Source: Octopus bimaculoides (lineage: Eukaryota). Taken from it: a stretch of DNA of 63,465 bases. The notes beneath the pieces are model-generated. The model had not been told where the DNA came from and did not search any database. It saw only the letters and a program-made list of their open reading frames with translations. Where the stretch lies: contig NC_069000.1 of assembly GCF_001194135.2 (NCBI RefSeq), positions 28,434,987 to 28,498,451 of the forward strand, read 5' to 3'. The position numbers were made by a program, and so were the translations under genes. This document shows positions 1 through 12,701 of the stretch, in pieces (position 1 is the first letter of the stretch; the number at the start of each line of letters is the position of its first letter).

Positions 1-207
1 GTGGCCGTTTTCGTGCGGGTGACACGTAAAAGCACCCACTACACTCTCTGAGTGGTTGGCGTTAGGAAGGGCATCCAGCTGTAGAAACTCTGCCAAATCA
101 GACTGGAGCCTGGTGTTGCCATCCGGTTTCACCAGTCCTCAGTCAAATTGTCCAACCCATGCTAGCATGGAAAGCGGACGTTAAACGATGATGATGATGA
201 TGATGAT
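1..207 (+). mobile_element. RTE-LINE 3' end or RTE-tail SINE with (GAT)n tail
   Basis: Same sequence (ggcgttaggaagggcatccagctgtagaaac...ccatgctagcatggaaagcggacgttaaac(gat)n) forms the 3' end of RT-bearing RTE copies at 7070-8815 and 46120-47260. Confidence 0.7.
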
Positions 208-425
208 CTATGTGTGTGTGTCTTTGTGTCCTAGTTTGTTCCCCACCACTGCTTGACAAACTGTTGGTTTGTTTATTTCCCCATAACTTAGTGTTTTGGC
301 AAAAGAGACTGATAGAATAAATAACAGGCTTAAAAAAAAAGAGTAATGGGTCGATTCATTCAACTAAAAACTCAAAGCAGTGCCCCTGCATGGCCACAGC
401 CTAATGACTGAAACAAGTAAAAGAG
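208..425 (+). mobile_element. SINE family 2, 3' portion
   Basis: Matches the 3' half of the copies at 1322-1648 and 35125-35480 (gactgaaacaagtaaaaga end). Confidence 0.65.
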
Positions 426-492
426 GTGTGTGTGTTTGTACACACACACGCACACACACACATTCTCTCTCTCTCTCTCTCTCATACATACA

Positions 493-525
<33 letters not shown>

Positions 526-535
526 GCATATGCAT
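426..535. repeat. Compound microsatellite (TG)n/(CA)n/(CT)n/(CATA)n
   Basis: Directly visible. Confidence 0.95.
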
Positions 536-756
536 ATAAATATTTAAATAAGGTCTTTGTGTGTTTCTGAATGGCTAACTTAGGTCTTCCATGCTAAATA
601 AATTCAATAAATACTAAATTTGAAATTTAGGACTTAGATTAATTTTCTGTCACAGGAATGGCCTTTAATAACTAACAATGAAGCAAAAGATTTCCTGTTT
701 CTGCCAATCACGAAAAAAAGTAATGTTTGAAAGGCTTCGTTTGAAATACTGTTGAG

Positions 757-1321
757 NNNNNNNNNNNNNNNNNNNNNNNNNNNNNNNNNNNNNNNNNNNN
801 NNNNNNNNNNNNNNNNNNNNNNNNNNNNNNNNNNNNNNNNNNNNNNNNNNNNNNNNNNNNNNNNNNNNNNNNNNNNNNNNNNNNNNNNNNNNNNNNNNNN
901 NNNNNNNNNNNNNNNNNNNNNNNNNNNNNNNNNNNNNNNNNNNNNNNNNNNNNNNNNNNNNNNNNNNNNNNNNNNNNNNNNNNNNNNNNNNNNNNNNNNN
1001 NNNNNNNNNNNNNNNNNNNNNNNNNNNNNNNNNNNNNNNNNNNNNNNNNNNNNNNNNNNNNNNNNNNNNNNNNNNNNNNNNNNNNNNNNNNNNNNNNNNN
1101 NNNNNNNNNNNNNNNNNNNNNNNNNNNNNNNNNNNNNNNNNNNNNNNNNNNNNNNNNNNNNNNNNNNNNNNNNNNNNNNNNNNNNNNNNNNNNNNNNNNN
1201 NNNNNNNNNNNNNNNNNNNNNNNNNNNNNNNNNNNNNNNNNNNNNNNNNNNNNNNNNNNNNNNNNNNNNNNNNNNNNNNNNNNNNNNNNNNNNNNNNNNN
1301 NNNNNNNNNNNNNNNNNNNNN
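757..1321. other. Assembly gap (N run)
   Basis: N bases. Confidence 1.
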
Positions 1322-1648
1322 AACCACATGGTCCCGGGTTCAGTCCCACTGCGTGGCATCTTGGGCAAGTGTCTTCTACTATAGCCTCGGGCTGACCAAA
1401 GCCTTGTGAGTGGATTTGGTAGACGGAAACTGAAAGAAGCCTGTCGTATATATGTATATATATATATGTATGTGTGTTTGTGTGTCTGTGTTTGTCCCCC
1501 CAACATCGTTTGACAACCGATAGAGACCGATAGAATAAGTACTAGGCTTCCAAAGAATAAGTCCTGGGGTCGATTTGCTCGACTAAAGGCGGTGCTCCAG
1601 CATGGCTACAGTCAAAAGACTGAAACAAGTAAAAGAGTAAAAGAGTAA
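1322..1648 (+). mobile_element. tRNA-type SINE family 2
   Basis: Box-B-like GGTTCAGTCCC near the 5' end, internal (TA)/(TG) tract, gtaaaagagtaaaagagta tail; several dispersed copies in the window. Confidence 0.8.
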
Positions 1649-2029
1649 ATCTTGATAGCAATTCATGACTTAATCTCTACAATGACCATGGAGTTAAACA
1701 TTCACAAAAAGGATATGATTTAATGCATTCATGTCTATATTTCTAACTGGCTATATTTCAATTAATTTCAATATTATTGAGATTTTGGAGAGGTAGATTA
1801 GACTGCTGTCCTGTTGAGGCATGACTTTGAAAAATTTTAGTTGAATGGATTGACCCAGTACTTATTTTTTAAAATCCTGCTACTTATTCTATTGGCCTCT
1901 TTTGCTGAACCACTACATTATGGGGATGGTCTTTGCAATTTTTTTGTCAGAGAACACAAGGGATGCAAACACAAGGATGTGTGTGTGTGGTGTGTACACG
2001 CACACACACACACACACACACAAAAATGG

Positions 2030-2160
2030 ACTTCTTTCAGTTTCTGTCTACCAAATCCTGAGGCTATAGTAGAACACACTTGCCCAAGATGCCATGCAGT
2101 GGGACTAAATGTAGAACCAGGTGGCTGGGAAGTAAGCTTCTTACCACACAGCCATGCCTG
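2030..2160 (-). mobile_element. SINE family 2, 5' portion
   Basis: Reverse complement reads tggctgtgtggtaagaagcttacttcccagccacc...ttgggcaagtgtgttctactatagcctc. Confidence 0.65.
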
Positions 2161-2489
2161 TGCTTATATTATGTTGATGTCAGTCAACTGAAATTTTACA
2201 AAATCATTCATGTTATGAGATTTTGGTAAATATTTTAATTTAGTACAATCGGGCTCAGGTGCATTGGTATTTAGAAGGTGTATTGGTATTTCAACCAGAC
2301 ACAGTGTTGAACTTAGAAATCAACATGTTGGGCTTCATGGAATATTGGGATAATTATGAAAATCGACTTTGCTCAAAATACAGAATAAACACCACTGATG
2401 GGATACCAAAAAAAAAGAAAAGGCTTTCTAGCCAGTTGTTTTTGATATTGTTTAGCCCCAAGTAAATTCTGATTAAATAGACTCATAAT

Positions 2490-5400
2490 CAGTGGCATAG
2501 CTAGGGTAACCCTTGCCTGGGGCAAGCTGCAAAAATGCACCCACCACCAATTACAAAATCCTCGATATTATACAGTACTTATTTGTTACAAGTAATTAAT
2601 GTTTTAAAGCAATATTTTAGGAATAAATACTTTACCAGGGTTCATTTACCTGCTGGTTCGGTACAGCCTGTAATTCAAAATATATTTTTTTAATGTTTAC
2701 TTTTATGAAACCTCCTTATTTTAACCATTTAATGCACCAGTTTCCCTCATTGAAACATTAAAAAACCTAATGTGTGAAATGAGATGTAATAAAAATAAAA
2801 TACAATTGTTTCTTGCTTTTGATGAGGCAGATTGATCGATTATAACTTCAAGATCAGTTTCGTTTGTCTCTTCACTTTCATGCAGTCCTGTGACATTGAT
2901 GTCTGCAAATAAGATAGGATTAACTTCAACTTGCAGAATGATCGTTTGAAACTAGCCGTTTGAAACAGCTATTGTGAGCAGTATCTGAAGGCCAATGCAC
3001 AAATTCAGAAAAACATTATCTCCATATCGAACAATGAATTCCAGGAGTTTTTCTATCGCAGATTTTGTTTGAGTAGAGAGCAATCAATTTCCTCAAAAAG
3101 TTGTTTGCTGTCAATGTCGCCACAGTAACAAGAAGCCAATAAATCACATTTTGATCGAAGGCCAACTTCATCAGGATGTGTTGGATAGTAAAGAGAGGAG
3201 ATATCAAGGAAGAACCCGAACTTGGCATCAATATTGTTAAGACGGACAAATCTTTCTTCCATTTTTGATTGAAGTCGGTGAAGAACAGCATTCATAATGG
3301 TGTCCATCTCATTGGTTGATGCTGACTGTTCATCTTTGTCATAATCAAGAGGTAGTCTTTTTTGTCTCCCTCAACACTTTTTGATTTCTACGTTCCACTT
3401 TTGACAAAGACCAATGCCTTCTTCTAGTGATTGGTGGATAATAGTATGTCCGTCTTTTAAAAGCTGCTGTTGAAGGGCTTTGAGATCATTTGCAGCATCT
3501 TGGAAATTCATTTCAGGATCTTGCAAGAGTTGCTGAAAATGATCGATGTGAGCAGAGAACCCAGTTCCAAAATGCAATCAATGCCAAAAAATTAACGTTA
3601 ACATTCGGTTAAGAAGATTGGCGGCATCACAGTGTGTATTGACTGTTTCACTCTTATCTGTCAAATGTTTGAGAAGATGGAGAAGTTTGTTGAGGACGAC
3701 TGCAACAGTCTTTATGGCATCTGTTCTTGGACTTCACCTTGTGTCAGATGGAGACTTGAGAACAAAAGGAATAGCCTGCTTCAGTTTTTCCCAACACCGT
3801 GTTGATCAAAAAAAGAAGGCAAAGAATGAATCAATAACATTAAAAAATGAAATGACAGCTATATCACTTTTTGCTGCATTCAAACCAACAAGATTCAGTG
3901 AATGATTGTCACAATTCACAAACAAAACTTGACTATTCAATTCCTTGACTCTGTGTTGAACACCGTTTATATTCCCGGCCATAATCACAGCATTGTCGTA
4001 GCACTGTGACTTGCTGTCAGTCAACGCTAAGCCATCATTATCTAACTCATTCAAAATTACCTTAACCAAACTGGCTGTGTCCTTTTGGCTAATTTGGAAG
4101 AAACCTAGGAATGACTCCTGAACACGAACTGTCTTTTTTTCGAAGTCAATGTTGATGTATCGCACAACTCGTGACATTTGTTCTCTATGGGCTTGATCAG
4201 GAGTCGTGTTGATCATCAAAGCGTAATAATGTGCTTTTCGAATGTGTTGAAGCAGACTGTTTTTTATGCTGGCAGCTAAGATATGTATAAATTTGTTTTA
4301 AATGGATCGTGAAAGATGAGATGTAGATCCAGGATGGCTTTCTAGATGATTGAGAGATTCTCTTGTGATGGGATTAAATGTGGCCAAAAGTTTTAACAAC
4401 CTGATGAAATTATGAAGATTTGACTCATCTTTTAACTGAAGTGGTTCCCTGTGTCCTCGCAATGCGAGGTTGTCTGTTGCAAGAAATTAGGTACAATGAA
4501 GAACTACGCCATCTCTGTCTTTCCCCTTCAATTACTGATTAGCATCGATTAGTTCCTTCTTCTCAACTAAATTTCTCTCAGAATCTTTCAATTGAGTGAA
4601 ATAATCATGATGATTTGGCAAATTCTCATGGAGAGGTATTCTTTCTGGTTTCTTCCATAGGTAGAATCCACATTCTTTTTCTAATGAGGACTGCAAATTG
4701 GATCATGAAAAAAGCAGACAACAGATGCAAAATGCTGCCTTCTTAGAGGGTGAGTAAACTTTCTCCTAGACCATGTCTTGTTCATTGCTCAGTTGATCAT
4801 TGGTAAGAAAGGACTGTCCAAATTCTGAAAGAACTTCCAACTTTTCTGTAATATTTGCACTCTCAATGCATCAGAAGCAATTACCCTTCCTGTATGTTTA
4901 TTGAACTTCAGAAGTCCAATGTCATGTTTTTTCAATGACTTCAGGAATTCCAGTTAGCTCATTTTCTGTCATAAATGTGTATTGCACTACCTTCTTGCCG
5001 TCATCACCATCGTCAATGCAAACATCAGAACTGCCTTTGTATAATGTTTCTACTTCACTTTTTTTGTCAACTGTGACATTCGTCCCACTTTCTTTCGATT
5101 TGAGGAAACATGACTTGGACTTGTCGTCTTCTAATGGAATTGCACATGCTTCAGCTAGTGGCAAGAAGATTTTCACAAGCTTCAACCAACATCTTGCTTG
5201 ATTTCAAAGCTTCTTCAGTCTCCCACTTCTGCCTTTTCCTTCCTTCAACTTCACTTTCTTTTTTAGGGAAGGCATGTTTCATGTTCTTGTGACAAACAAG
5301 TAAAAGTCATAAACGTTGTACACAGAAAAGAGTAAACCTTAATGTAGTTGTAATTAGAAGTAGAAAATGAATTACTCTGCTTTAAAGCTTATAGAAGAGA

Positions 5401-5992
5401 TCGTATTGTAGAATCCAGTTAAACTGTTCTATTGCTTGTAGTATTGTTTTGTTGAAGTACCCCAAATATCCAAGGATAGAAATGGGACAACCACTTTTGA
5501 ATGATCTTACTAGCAGTCACAGGTTTGCTCGGGGTAGGCAGTCGAAGTTTTTATTGATAACAAACAATTTACAGTATGTACACCGGAAGTTGCAAGCTAT
5601 GCAAAAATGGAAAATTGATTTACACTGATAAGACTGAACTATTTTTAGAACGATAAAGAATGATTAACAGTTAAATGAATAAACAACAGTCAAGTAAATT
5701 TAACATAGAATGTTTACCACCACAATTTTATACCCTTAGTTGTGCAGTATGTGTAGTAGGCAAGGCAAAAATACGCGTGTTTCACTCAAGTGAGTCTCAG
5801 TCCTTTTTGATGCCTTTTGTAAAAATGTCCAGACATGAATGTAGATAGCCATCATATTATGATAAGCTGGAGATCCATCTTTACAATTGCAATTTTATAA
5901 ATGGAGTTCAAGCTTATTGCATTATGGTCAATTCTGTGCCCCACTTCAATCAGTGCCCAGGGTATGTTCCCTCAACCCCAGTTACGCTTCTG
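2490..5992 (-). mobile_element. Decayed full-length hAT DNA transposon (ZMYM1/DUF4371-like transposase pseudogene)
   Basis: Degenerate TIRs CAGTGGCATAGCTAGGGT and rc CAGAAGCGTAACTGGGGT; imperfect 8-bp TSD ctcataat/cttgtaat; minus-strand fragments DTTPDQAHREQMSRVVRY, QCYDNAVIMAG, FVNCDNHSLNLV; hAT dimerisation-like C-terminus near 2850-3050; many stops and frameshifts. Confidence 0.88.
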
Positions 5993-6129
5993 CTTGTAAT
6001 CAAAGCCATTTCAGGCATAACCATTTAGTTTTTATGTAAGGTATATTGTATCAAATGTTTTCCTGGCTACATATAACTTATTTTTATGGTTGGGAGTGTG
6101 GCATATTTCTGTACTCAAGAAGACCCACC

Positions 6130-6390
6130 AATTACAACAGAATTAAGATCCTAAAACCAAGGTGCCATGTAAAAAGCATTGGTGTGGATGCTGGTGCCAC
6201 ATGAAAAGTGCTGGTGCTAGTGCCATGTAAAAAGCACTTTGTACACTCTTTGGAGTGATTGGCATTAGGAGGAGCATCCAGCTGTAGAAACCAAGTCAAA
6301 ACAGACTTGTGCGGCCCCTGACCTTTCCAGTTCCTGTCAAGCCATTTGCCCCATGCCAACATAGCAAACAGACATTAAATGATGATGATG
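6130..6390 (+). mobile_element. RTE-tail element with internal ~30-bp repeats and (GAT)n tail
   Basis: Similar to 1-207; repeated gtgccatgtaaaaagca units. Confidence 0.65.
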
Positions 6391-6657
6391 AGTGGACATT
6401 TGGCTATTATTACTAACATGTGGGGCAAATAGAAACATGATTTAGTTACTTAGCCTTAAATTAGCCCAAATTAACCAAACCTATGAGTAAAGGGGTTCCA
6501 GCCCTAATCATTCCATCTTTTCGTTGACATAATTTCTTTAAAATCATATTATTAGTGAATAATAGTCGTGTATACTTTTTATTTATGACTGTAAGGTGTG
6601 ATTTGAAGTAGAATTTACTGCTTTGCTGCCATTTCTAGCAGGTTGAATGATCATCTA

Positions 6658-7031
6658 CAGTTGTGATTCTCAACTGGGGCCCATATAAGACTTTTGGGGG
6701 TCCACACAAACAAAATAATAAATTGGGGGTTCACAGTAGTATTTTAAGGATCCATGAAAAAGAATTTTTCTTTAGATGTGTTTATTGCAAGAAACAGCTA
6801 GGTCCTTTCTGTAACATTTTACATAGTTTAACACGTTTCTGGCAACTGAAACATGTTCTGTCAGAGAGTAGCTATTGCAAACCTACACAAGTGAATATGT
6901 GAAAAACAAGATAGGAATTTTGACAGAAGCATCAATAAAACTAGTTTTTAAATATAGAATGGCTATGGAGGTCCACCAGAATAAAATAGTAATCAAAGGG
7001 TTCCATAAGTAAAACTGGCTGAGAACCATCG
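6658..7031. mobile_element. hAT-type MITE
   Basis: Termini cagttgtgattctcaac ... gctgagaaccatcg resemble CAGTGGTTCTCAAC-type hAT TIRs; no coding capacity. Confidence 0.5.
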
Positions 7032-7069
7032 ATCTAGAGCCTCCCTTGTTGGACTGTGTGTGTCTATAT

Positions 7070-8815
7070 CATCATCATCATCATAATTATCATTGTTTAG
7101 TGTCCATTTCCCATGCTGGCATGGGTTGGACGATTTCATATGGAGCTGGCTAGCAGGGAGCTGCCCAGGCGCCAATTGTCTGTTGTGGTTTCTATGGATG
7201 GATGCCCTCCATAATGCCAACCACTTAACAGAGTGTGCTGGGTGCTTTTTATGTGCCACTGGCATGGGTACATTTATGCAACACCAGCACAGGTGCTTTT
7301 TATGTGGTGCAGGCACCCGAAAGGACAAGCTGTTATGTGTGGAACCAGTGATTTTACTTAGCTTGACAAATCTCATCAAGTACAGAAAATCACTGTCATT
7401 TCCTCAGTAAGGCCCAGTGTCTGAAGATCCTTTCTTACTATTTTGTCCCACGTCTTCCTGGATCTACCCTTTCCACAGTTACCCTCTACAATTAGAGATT
7501 GGCACTTCTTTATCCAGCTCTCCTCATCCATATGCATCACATGACCAAACCAGTGCAGTATCCTCTCTTGTACACAACAGCTGATGCTTCTTATACCTAG
7601 TTTTCCTCTTAAATCATTTACACTCTGTTGTGCCTGCAAACTGATTTTACCCATCCAAGGGAGTATGTCCTCTGTAGTCAAAGTCTATGTTTCACTGCCA
7701 TGTAATATAATTGTATATACACAGGCATCATGCAATCTGCCTTTCACTCTGAGAGAGAGGCTCTTATTTGCCAACAAAGGTAGCAGCTCTCTGGACTGTG
7801 CTCAGTCTGTTCTTATTTTAACAACCACACTTTCAGAACTCCTTCCACCATTACTAACTTGGTCTTGTAGGTAACAGAAACTATCTACTACTTCTAATGA
7901 TCCCCCTGAGCATTTGAGGGAATCTATTGTATGCACATTTCTAATGCTTATTGTACCTACACATTTGACACACACAAAGACTATATTCTCCGTTAAACTT
8001 CCTGTAATACTGCTACACCTCTTATGTGTCCAAAGCTCATACTGGGTGCAACATATGGAGTTTCTACTAATACCCTTCTTACATATTGAGCAGGGCCCTC
8101 TCCCAGAAGGGACTTGTGATTTGTCTGTTTTCCTACTTACTAGGACTTTGGTTTTTGCTAAATTAACTCTGAGGCCCTTAGATTCCAGGCCTTATTTCCA
8201 CACCTGCAATTTCTACTCTAGGTCTGGTAGTGATTCAGCTATAAGAACAAGGTCATCAGTGTAGAGGAGCTCCCAGGGACAGCTGGTCTTGAATTCCTCT
8301 GCTAATGCCTGGAGGACTAAGATAAACAAGAGGGGGTTGAGAACTGAGCCTTGGTGAACTCCTACCTGTACACTGAATTCATTGCTATACTCATTGCCAA
8401 CCTTCACTTTACTAACAGCATCCCTGTATATGGCTTGTGCAGCTTTCACTAACCACTTATCTATTCCTAGCTTCTGCATTGACCACCAGATAAGGGAGTG
8501 GGAGACCCTGTCAAAAGCTTTCTCCATATCAGCAAAAGCCAGGACAGAGGTTTATTTTTGGCTAAATACTTCTGCAGTTGCCTAACCAGGAATATGGCAT
8601 AAGTCCTGCTCCTACCTGGCACAAGTCTGAACTGCATCTCATCTACACTAATTCTCTTCCTAATTAATTGAGCTATGACCCCACCTGCAAATTTCGTTAC
8701 CTGGTTCAGCAATTTGATGCCTCTGTAATTATGTTGCCTTTGCCTTTGCCTTTGTCGCTGTTGACTATAATGCAGCTACACCAATCAATGGGTATGACTC
8801 GCTTGTGGACAAACT
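7070..8815 (-). mobile_element. 5'-truncated RTE (BovB-like) LINE with 3' UTR and (GAT)n tail
   Basis: RT motifs DMEKAFDRV, GVHQGSVLNPLLF, LLYTDDLVL; C-terminal LHWFGHVMHM and GRSRKTW; stops and frameshifts. Confidence 0.9.
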
Positions 8816-9534
8816 GATTAACTATATGGGTCACTAGGCCATATTCTAGTATATATCCTATATACATACATGCATGCATTCATACATGCTTACATACATT
8901 CATACATGCATAGCTACATAGATACTTGCATGCATGTATGCATGCATGTATACATACATTCATAGATAGATAGATGGATAGCAGGAATATTTAGCAGTTG
9001 CAAAACCCCTAGAAATTGAACCCTGTGCAATCTGCTCGAATATTGCTGATGCTATCAAAACACCAACCATTTAAATTCCTGGTGGAACAAAATCTAATTA
9101 AGCAATTTCATCCTTGGCATGCTTTGTCTGAAAATGACAGCAACTATATATTTAGTGGAACTCAATCACTAATGAGTGGAAGTTAGTAGCAGAGAGCAGA
9201 CTAGAGCAATGTCCATAGCACCAAGACAATAGTTGATGATGACAATGATGGTGGCAGCACACCTAATCAGCTTACTCCGAGAAATACACAATGGCAACTA
9301 CTGTCATATCTGATCCAGTAACATCTCATACAAACTTTTAACAATACAACTTGGTGTAAATATCTTTTCTTTGTCATTTGTAGTAACAATAGCATTTAGT
9401 TGTTAACAATAAGAATAAATATTGTATTTAATATTTGAACAGAATTTGTGTTCATTCAATCTGCATCAACATGATAACAAATTGTAATCTTGTTCAGACA
9501 TTCCCAGAAACTTCTTATTGCCATATACATAATC

Positions 9535-9995
9535 ATCATCATCATCATCGTTTAACATCCGCTTTCCATGCTGGCATGGGTTGGATGGTTTGACTGAGGA
9601 CTGGTGAGCCAGAGGCTGCACCAGGCTCAATCTGATCTGGCAAAGTTTCTACAGCTGGATGCCCTTCCTAACGCCAACCACTCTGAGAGTAGTGGGTGCT
9701 TTTACATGTCACCAACACGAGGGTCAGTCAGGTGGTTCTGGCAACAACCATGCTCAAGAGGTGTTTTTATGTGCTACCTGCACGGGAGCCAGTCCAGCAG
9801 CGCTGGCAACAACCATGCTCGAATGTTGTTTTTCACGTGCCACCGGCACATGTGCCGGTAAGGCGATGCTGGCAACGATCATGCTCAAATGGTGCTTTTC
9901 ATGTGTCACCGGCATGGGAGCCAATCTGTGACCCTGGCAACAATCACGTTCGGATGTGCTTTTAATGTTCCACTGGCATGAATGCCAATCAGGCA
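9535..9995 (-). mobile_element. RTE-tail element with an internal ~65-bp tandem repeat (about 4 units)
   Basis: RTE-tail sequence at 9535-9720; ctggcaac recurs at 9738, 9803, 9869 and 9934. Confidence 0.75.
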
Positions 9996-10119
9996 GAACT
10001 GTCATCGGCCACATCAGTGATTTTGGTTTGTTTACAGTTGCCTCAATAGGTCTTTGCAAGCAAAGTTCATTGTCCAATGAACTCTGGATCTTACTTGCTC
10101 TGGTTAATTCTGTGGGAAT

Positions 10120-11127
10120 GGACAGCAACCTGTTGTCAAAGGTCTCGGAATCTTTCAGGGTCTCTTTCCACGTATTACAAGACTTGGTACTGAGATCTTA
10201 AATATCATAGAAGATACTTAATACCTAAGCACCAATCTCAAGAGCCTCACTGTCCAAAGTAGAGCGGTGTTTTTAAGCATTCTCTACCCTCATGTCAATT
10301 CCACTTTCTCCAACGTATTTCTTGAATTTGGTTGTTAATGCTCCAAATACCCTTACAACAACTGAGATGGCAGTTACCCTTGTAGTGACGCCTTATAGCA
10401 GACGACTGTTATATGTTCAATGTCCGGAGTTTTATCAACGCATGCGCAGGGACTAGTTCCGGAAGGAATACAGGAAGAGTCTCATGCACATGCGTAGAGT
10501 TCAACACCCAGCTTTGGCGCCTTTTCTCAGTCTCTTCGTTGACTGATCTCCGTCGAGCCAAGACGTCCAACAGAGCTCTCTCACATGTCAGCACCAGAGC
10601 TTCACAAATAACCACGGAAATCATTCAGAAGGCGTCTCAGTAACCGAGGGCGACGAGCTACCGAATTCCCTCCAAGCGTGAACTGAATTCCACTGTAAAT
10701 AAATATTGTTATGTTGTTCAGAATCTGCGTTCCGTTGTTTCTTCTAGAAATTTAATGTACTGAAGCGGTGTACACCTAATGGTGTATAACCACTTCCCTA
10801 CACTCTTTTCATTGCCCACATTTTTTAAATTTCGTCTTTTAGTAACTTATATTTTTTCATTTTCCCAGCTCTTTGTCAACTACGTGTGTGTCCCAAGGTA
10901 TGGCAATATCTATAATCTTAGTTTCCTTTATCATTTTATGTACTAAAACGTCTGGTCTTTGGGCATCTATTAGAGCATCACATCAGGTTGTAAAGTCTCA
11001 CAAAATCATATATTCATTATTCTCAGTGATGCCTTCTGGTTCATGAGAAATAATTACACGAAATTCCAAATAGATAAGAGCAGTGAATCACCCCTTTGTA
11101 GAATGTGTGGCAGAAAAGATGAAACAC
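10120..11127 (-). mobile_element. RLE-type (R4/Dong-like) non-LTR retrotransposon 3' fragment with an inverted 5' piece, split by a solo LTR
   Basis: Minus strand from 11045 down: HEPEGITENNEYMIL...DAQRPDVLVHKMIKETKIIDIAIP, continuing after the LTR as VTAISVVVRVFGALT. Plus strand 11046-11127: RNNYTKFQIDKSSESPLCRMCGRKDET (zinc-knuckle start). Confidence 0.8.
10381..10802 (+). mobile_element. Solo LTR
   Basis: TGTAG...CTACA termini; 4-bp flanks ccct/ctct; AATAAA near 10697; CpG-rich against background; interrupts the RLE reading frame, which resumes on both sides. Confidence 0.7.
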
Positions 11128-11167
11128 TGCCTTGAAGGGTTTTAGTCAAACAAGATATAAATAGGTA

Positions 11168-12372
11168 TATCTTTGGCTGGAAAGAAATGTCCTGTTGCAT
11201 TTTCATTGTGATCACTTTGAGGGTACTTTGTCAATATTTACAATAAAATAAGCATTAATTCTTATACTCTAATGTTTGTTTTCTTTCTTTGCAGATTACT
11301 TTAGATGACAATGGTTAAATTTGCATAGTCTGTATGAATTCAAAAGAGGCTCTTCAACAACAAAAGTTGCAAAAAATATTTGTTGTCTATGGAAATGATG
11401 CTTTTAGTGTTCAGACATGCCAATAATGTTTTGGCCAGTTTCATATGGAGATTTTTCTCTTGCAGGTTCTCCTTGATCTGGCCAAGCAAGTTCTGTCAAT
11501 ACTGAGCATAGTTGAGGAAAATCCAAAAGTAACTGTATGAGAATTAGCAAAATAGTTAAATTCAAATCACATTTTGATCGTAAGACCCCTTCATGAACTA
11601 AGAAAAGTGTCTAAACTTTTTCACTGGGATGCTCATCATCTGACAGCTTCTCAGTTTAATCAATGAGTTGCCCTTTGCTTGTCATTGAACAGTAGACTTG
11701 TTACTGAACCTTTCCTGGGCAGAATCATTACAAATGATGAAAAGTGGGTTCTCATATTCAATGAGAAAGATAATCTTTAGCACCCAATGGAAAAGGGAAA
11801 TCCATCCATAAACCAGGATTACACCCCCAAAAGTTAGTGTCCATTTAGTAGGATATTAATGGGATCGTTTGTCAATACATATTAAATCAACGTGAAACAG
11901 TTAATGTGGGAAAATATTGCTGTTCATTAGAAGCATTGCACAAAAATTTTCAGAAAAAGCACCCATCATTGGTCAGCTGTAAAGAGGCATTACTCTTACA
12001 TAATAAAGCAAGACCACATATTGTCCAAGTCACTGAGGAAAATATTATGGCACTGAATATGGAAGTTTTGCTTCATCCTCCTGGCTCCCCTGACCTTCCT
12101 CCATCTGACAATCTTCTTTTCAAATCATTGCAACATTATTTCGGAAAAAAGCAATTTATTAATTGTGAAGAGGTTAAAAATGATATTCAGAGTTTCTTTG
12201 CTTCAAAACCTGAAGAATTTTATGCCCAAGTGATCCACAGTTTGACTAAATAGATAGGATTATGTTATTAGTAATGAAGGGAAATATGTTAAGTATATCA
12301 AGTATGACCAAAGAAGCATTTGTTTCTTTCTTATCTTGAAATGCTATAAGACGTTCTTTCTAGCCTAAAGTG
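11168..12372 (+). mobile_element. Decayed mariner (Tc1/mariner) transposon
   Basis: Imperfect ~35-bp TIRs flanked by TA; motifs TNDEKW, LHNKARPH, HPPGSPDLPPSDNLLF. Confidence 0.88.
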
Positions 12373-12500
12373 TATGTGTGTGTGTGTGTGTGTGCATGTG
12401 TGCGCGTGCATGTTTGTGTGTGTGTGTGCATGTGTGTGCGTGCATGTTTGTGTGTGTGCGCATGCATGCAAGTGTGTGCGCGTGCATGCAAGTGTGTGCA
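12369..12500. repeat. (TG)n/(TGCA) compound microsatellite
   Basis: Directly visible. Confidence 0.9.
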
Positions 12501-12701
12501 CTTGCTGCTGATTTTTCCCTCTTTCTCTTAAATATGTAATAAAACAGTTCCACTCATAAAGACCTTGCTTAATCCACCTTCTCACTGAATCATTCTTTTA
12601 TAATTCCTCTGGAGTGGTTTTTAGCTTCTCTCCTTGTAGAATGTATTATCAAATTGTATATATAAATCCAAAATATTATCAAATTGTATATATAAATCCA
12701 A

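Noticed and set aside
634-1506. Long ORFs spanning N gaps (also 38919-39731 and 62245-63300)
   Set aside because: They are open only because of N runs or the duplicated contig end; the flanking translations are repeat or microsatellite text.
2160-2460. Possible degenerate GIY-YIG/Penelope coding remnant (also 42420-42740 and 61590-62170)
   Set aside because: No motif could be read with confidence.
9738-9995. 65-bp periodic repeat as a CRISPR-like array
   Set aside because: Eukaryotic context, whole units diverge without a repeat-spacer structure, no cas genes, and it is embedded in a retroelement tail.
12644-12701. 30-bp-period direct duplication; similar short duplications near 22988, 48815 and 50942
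   Set aside because: Ordinary local slippage with no further structure.
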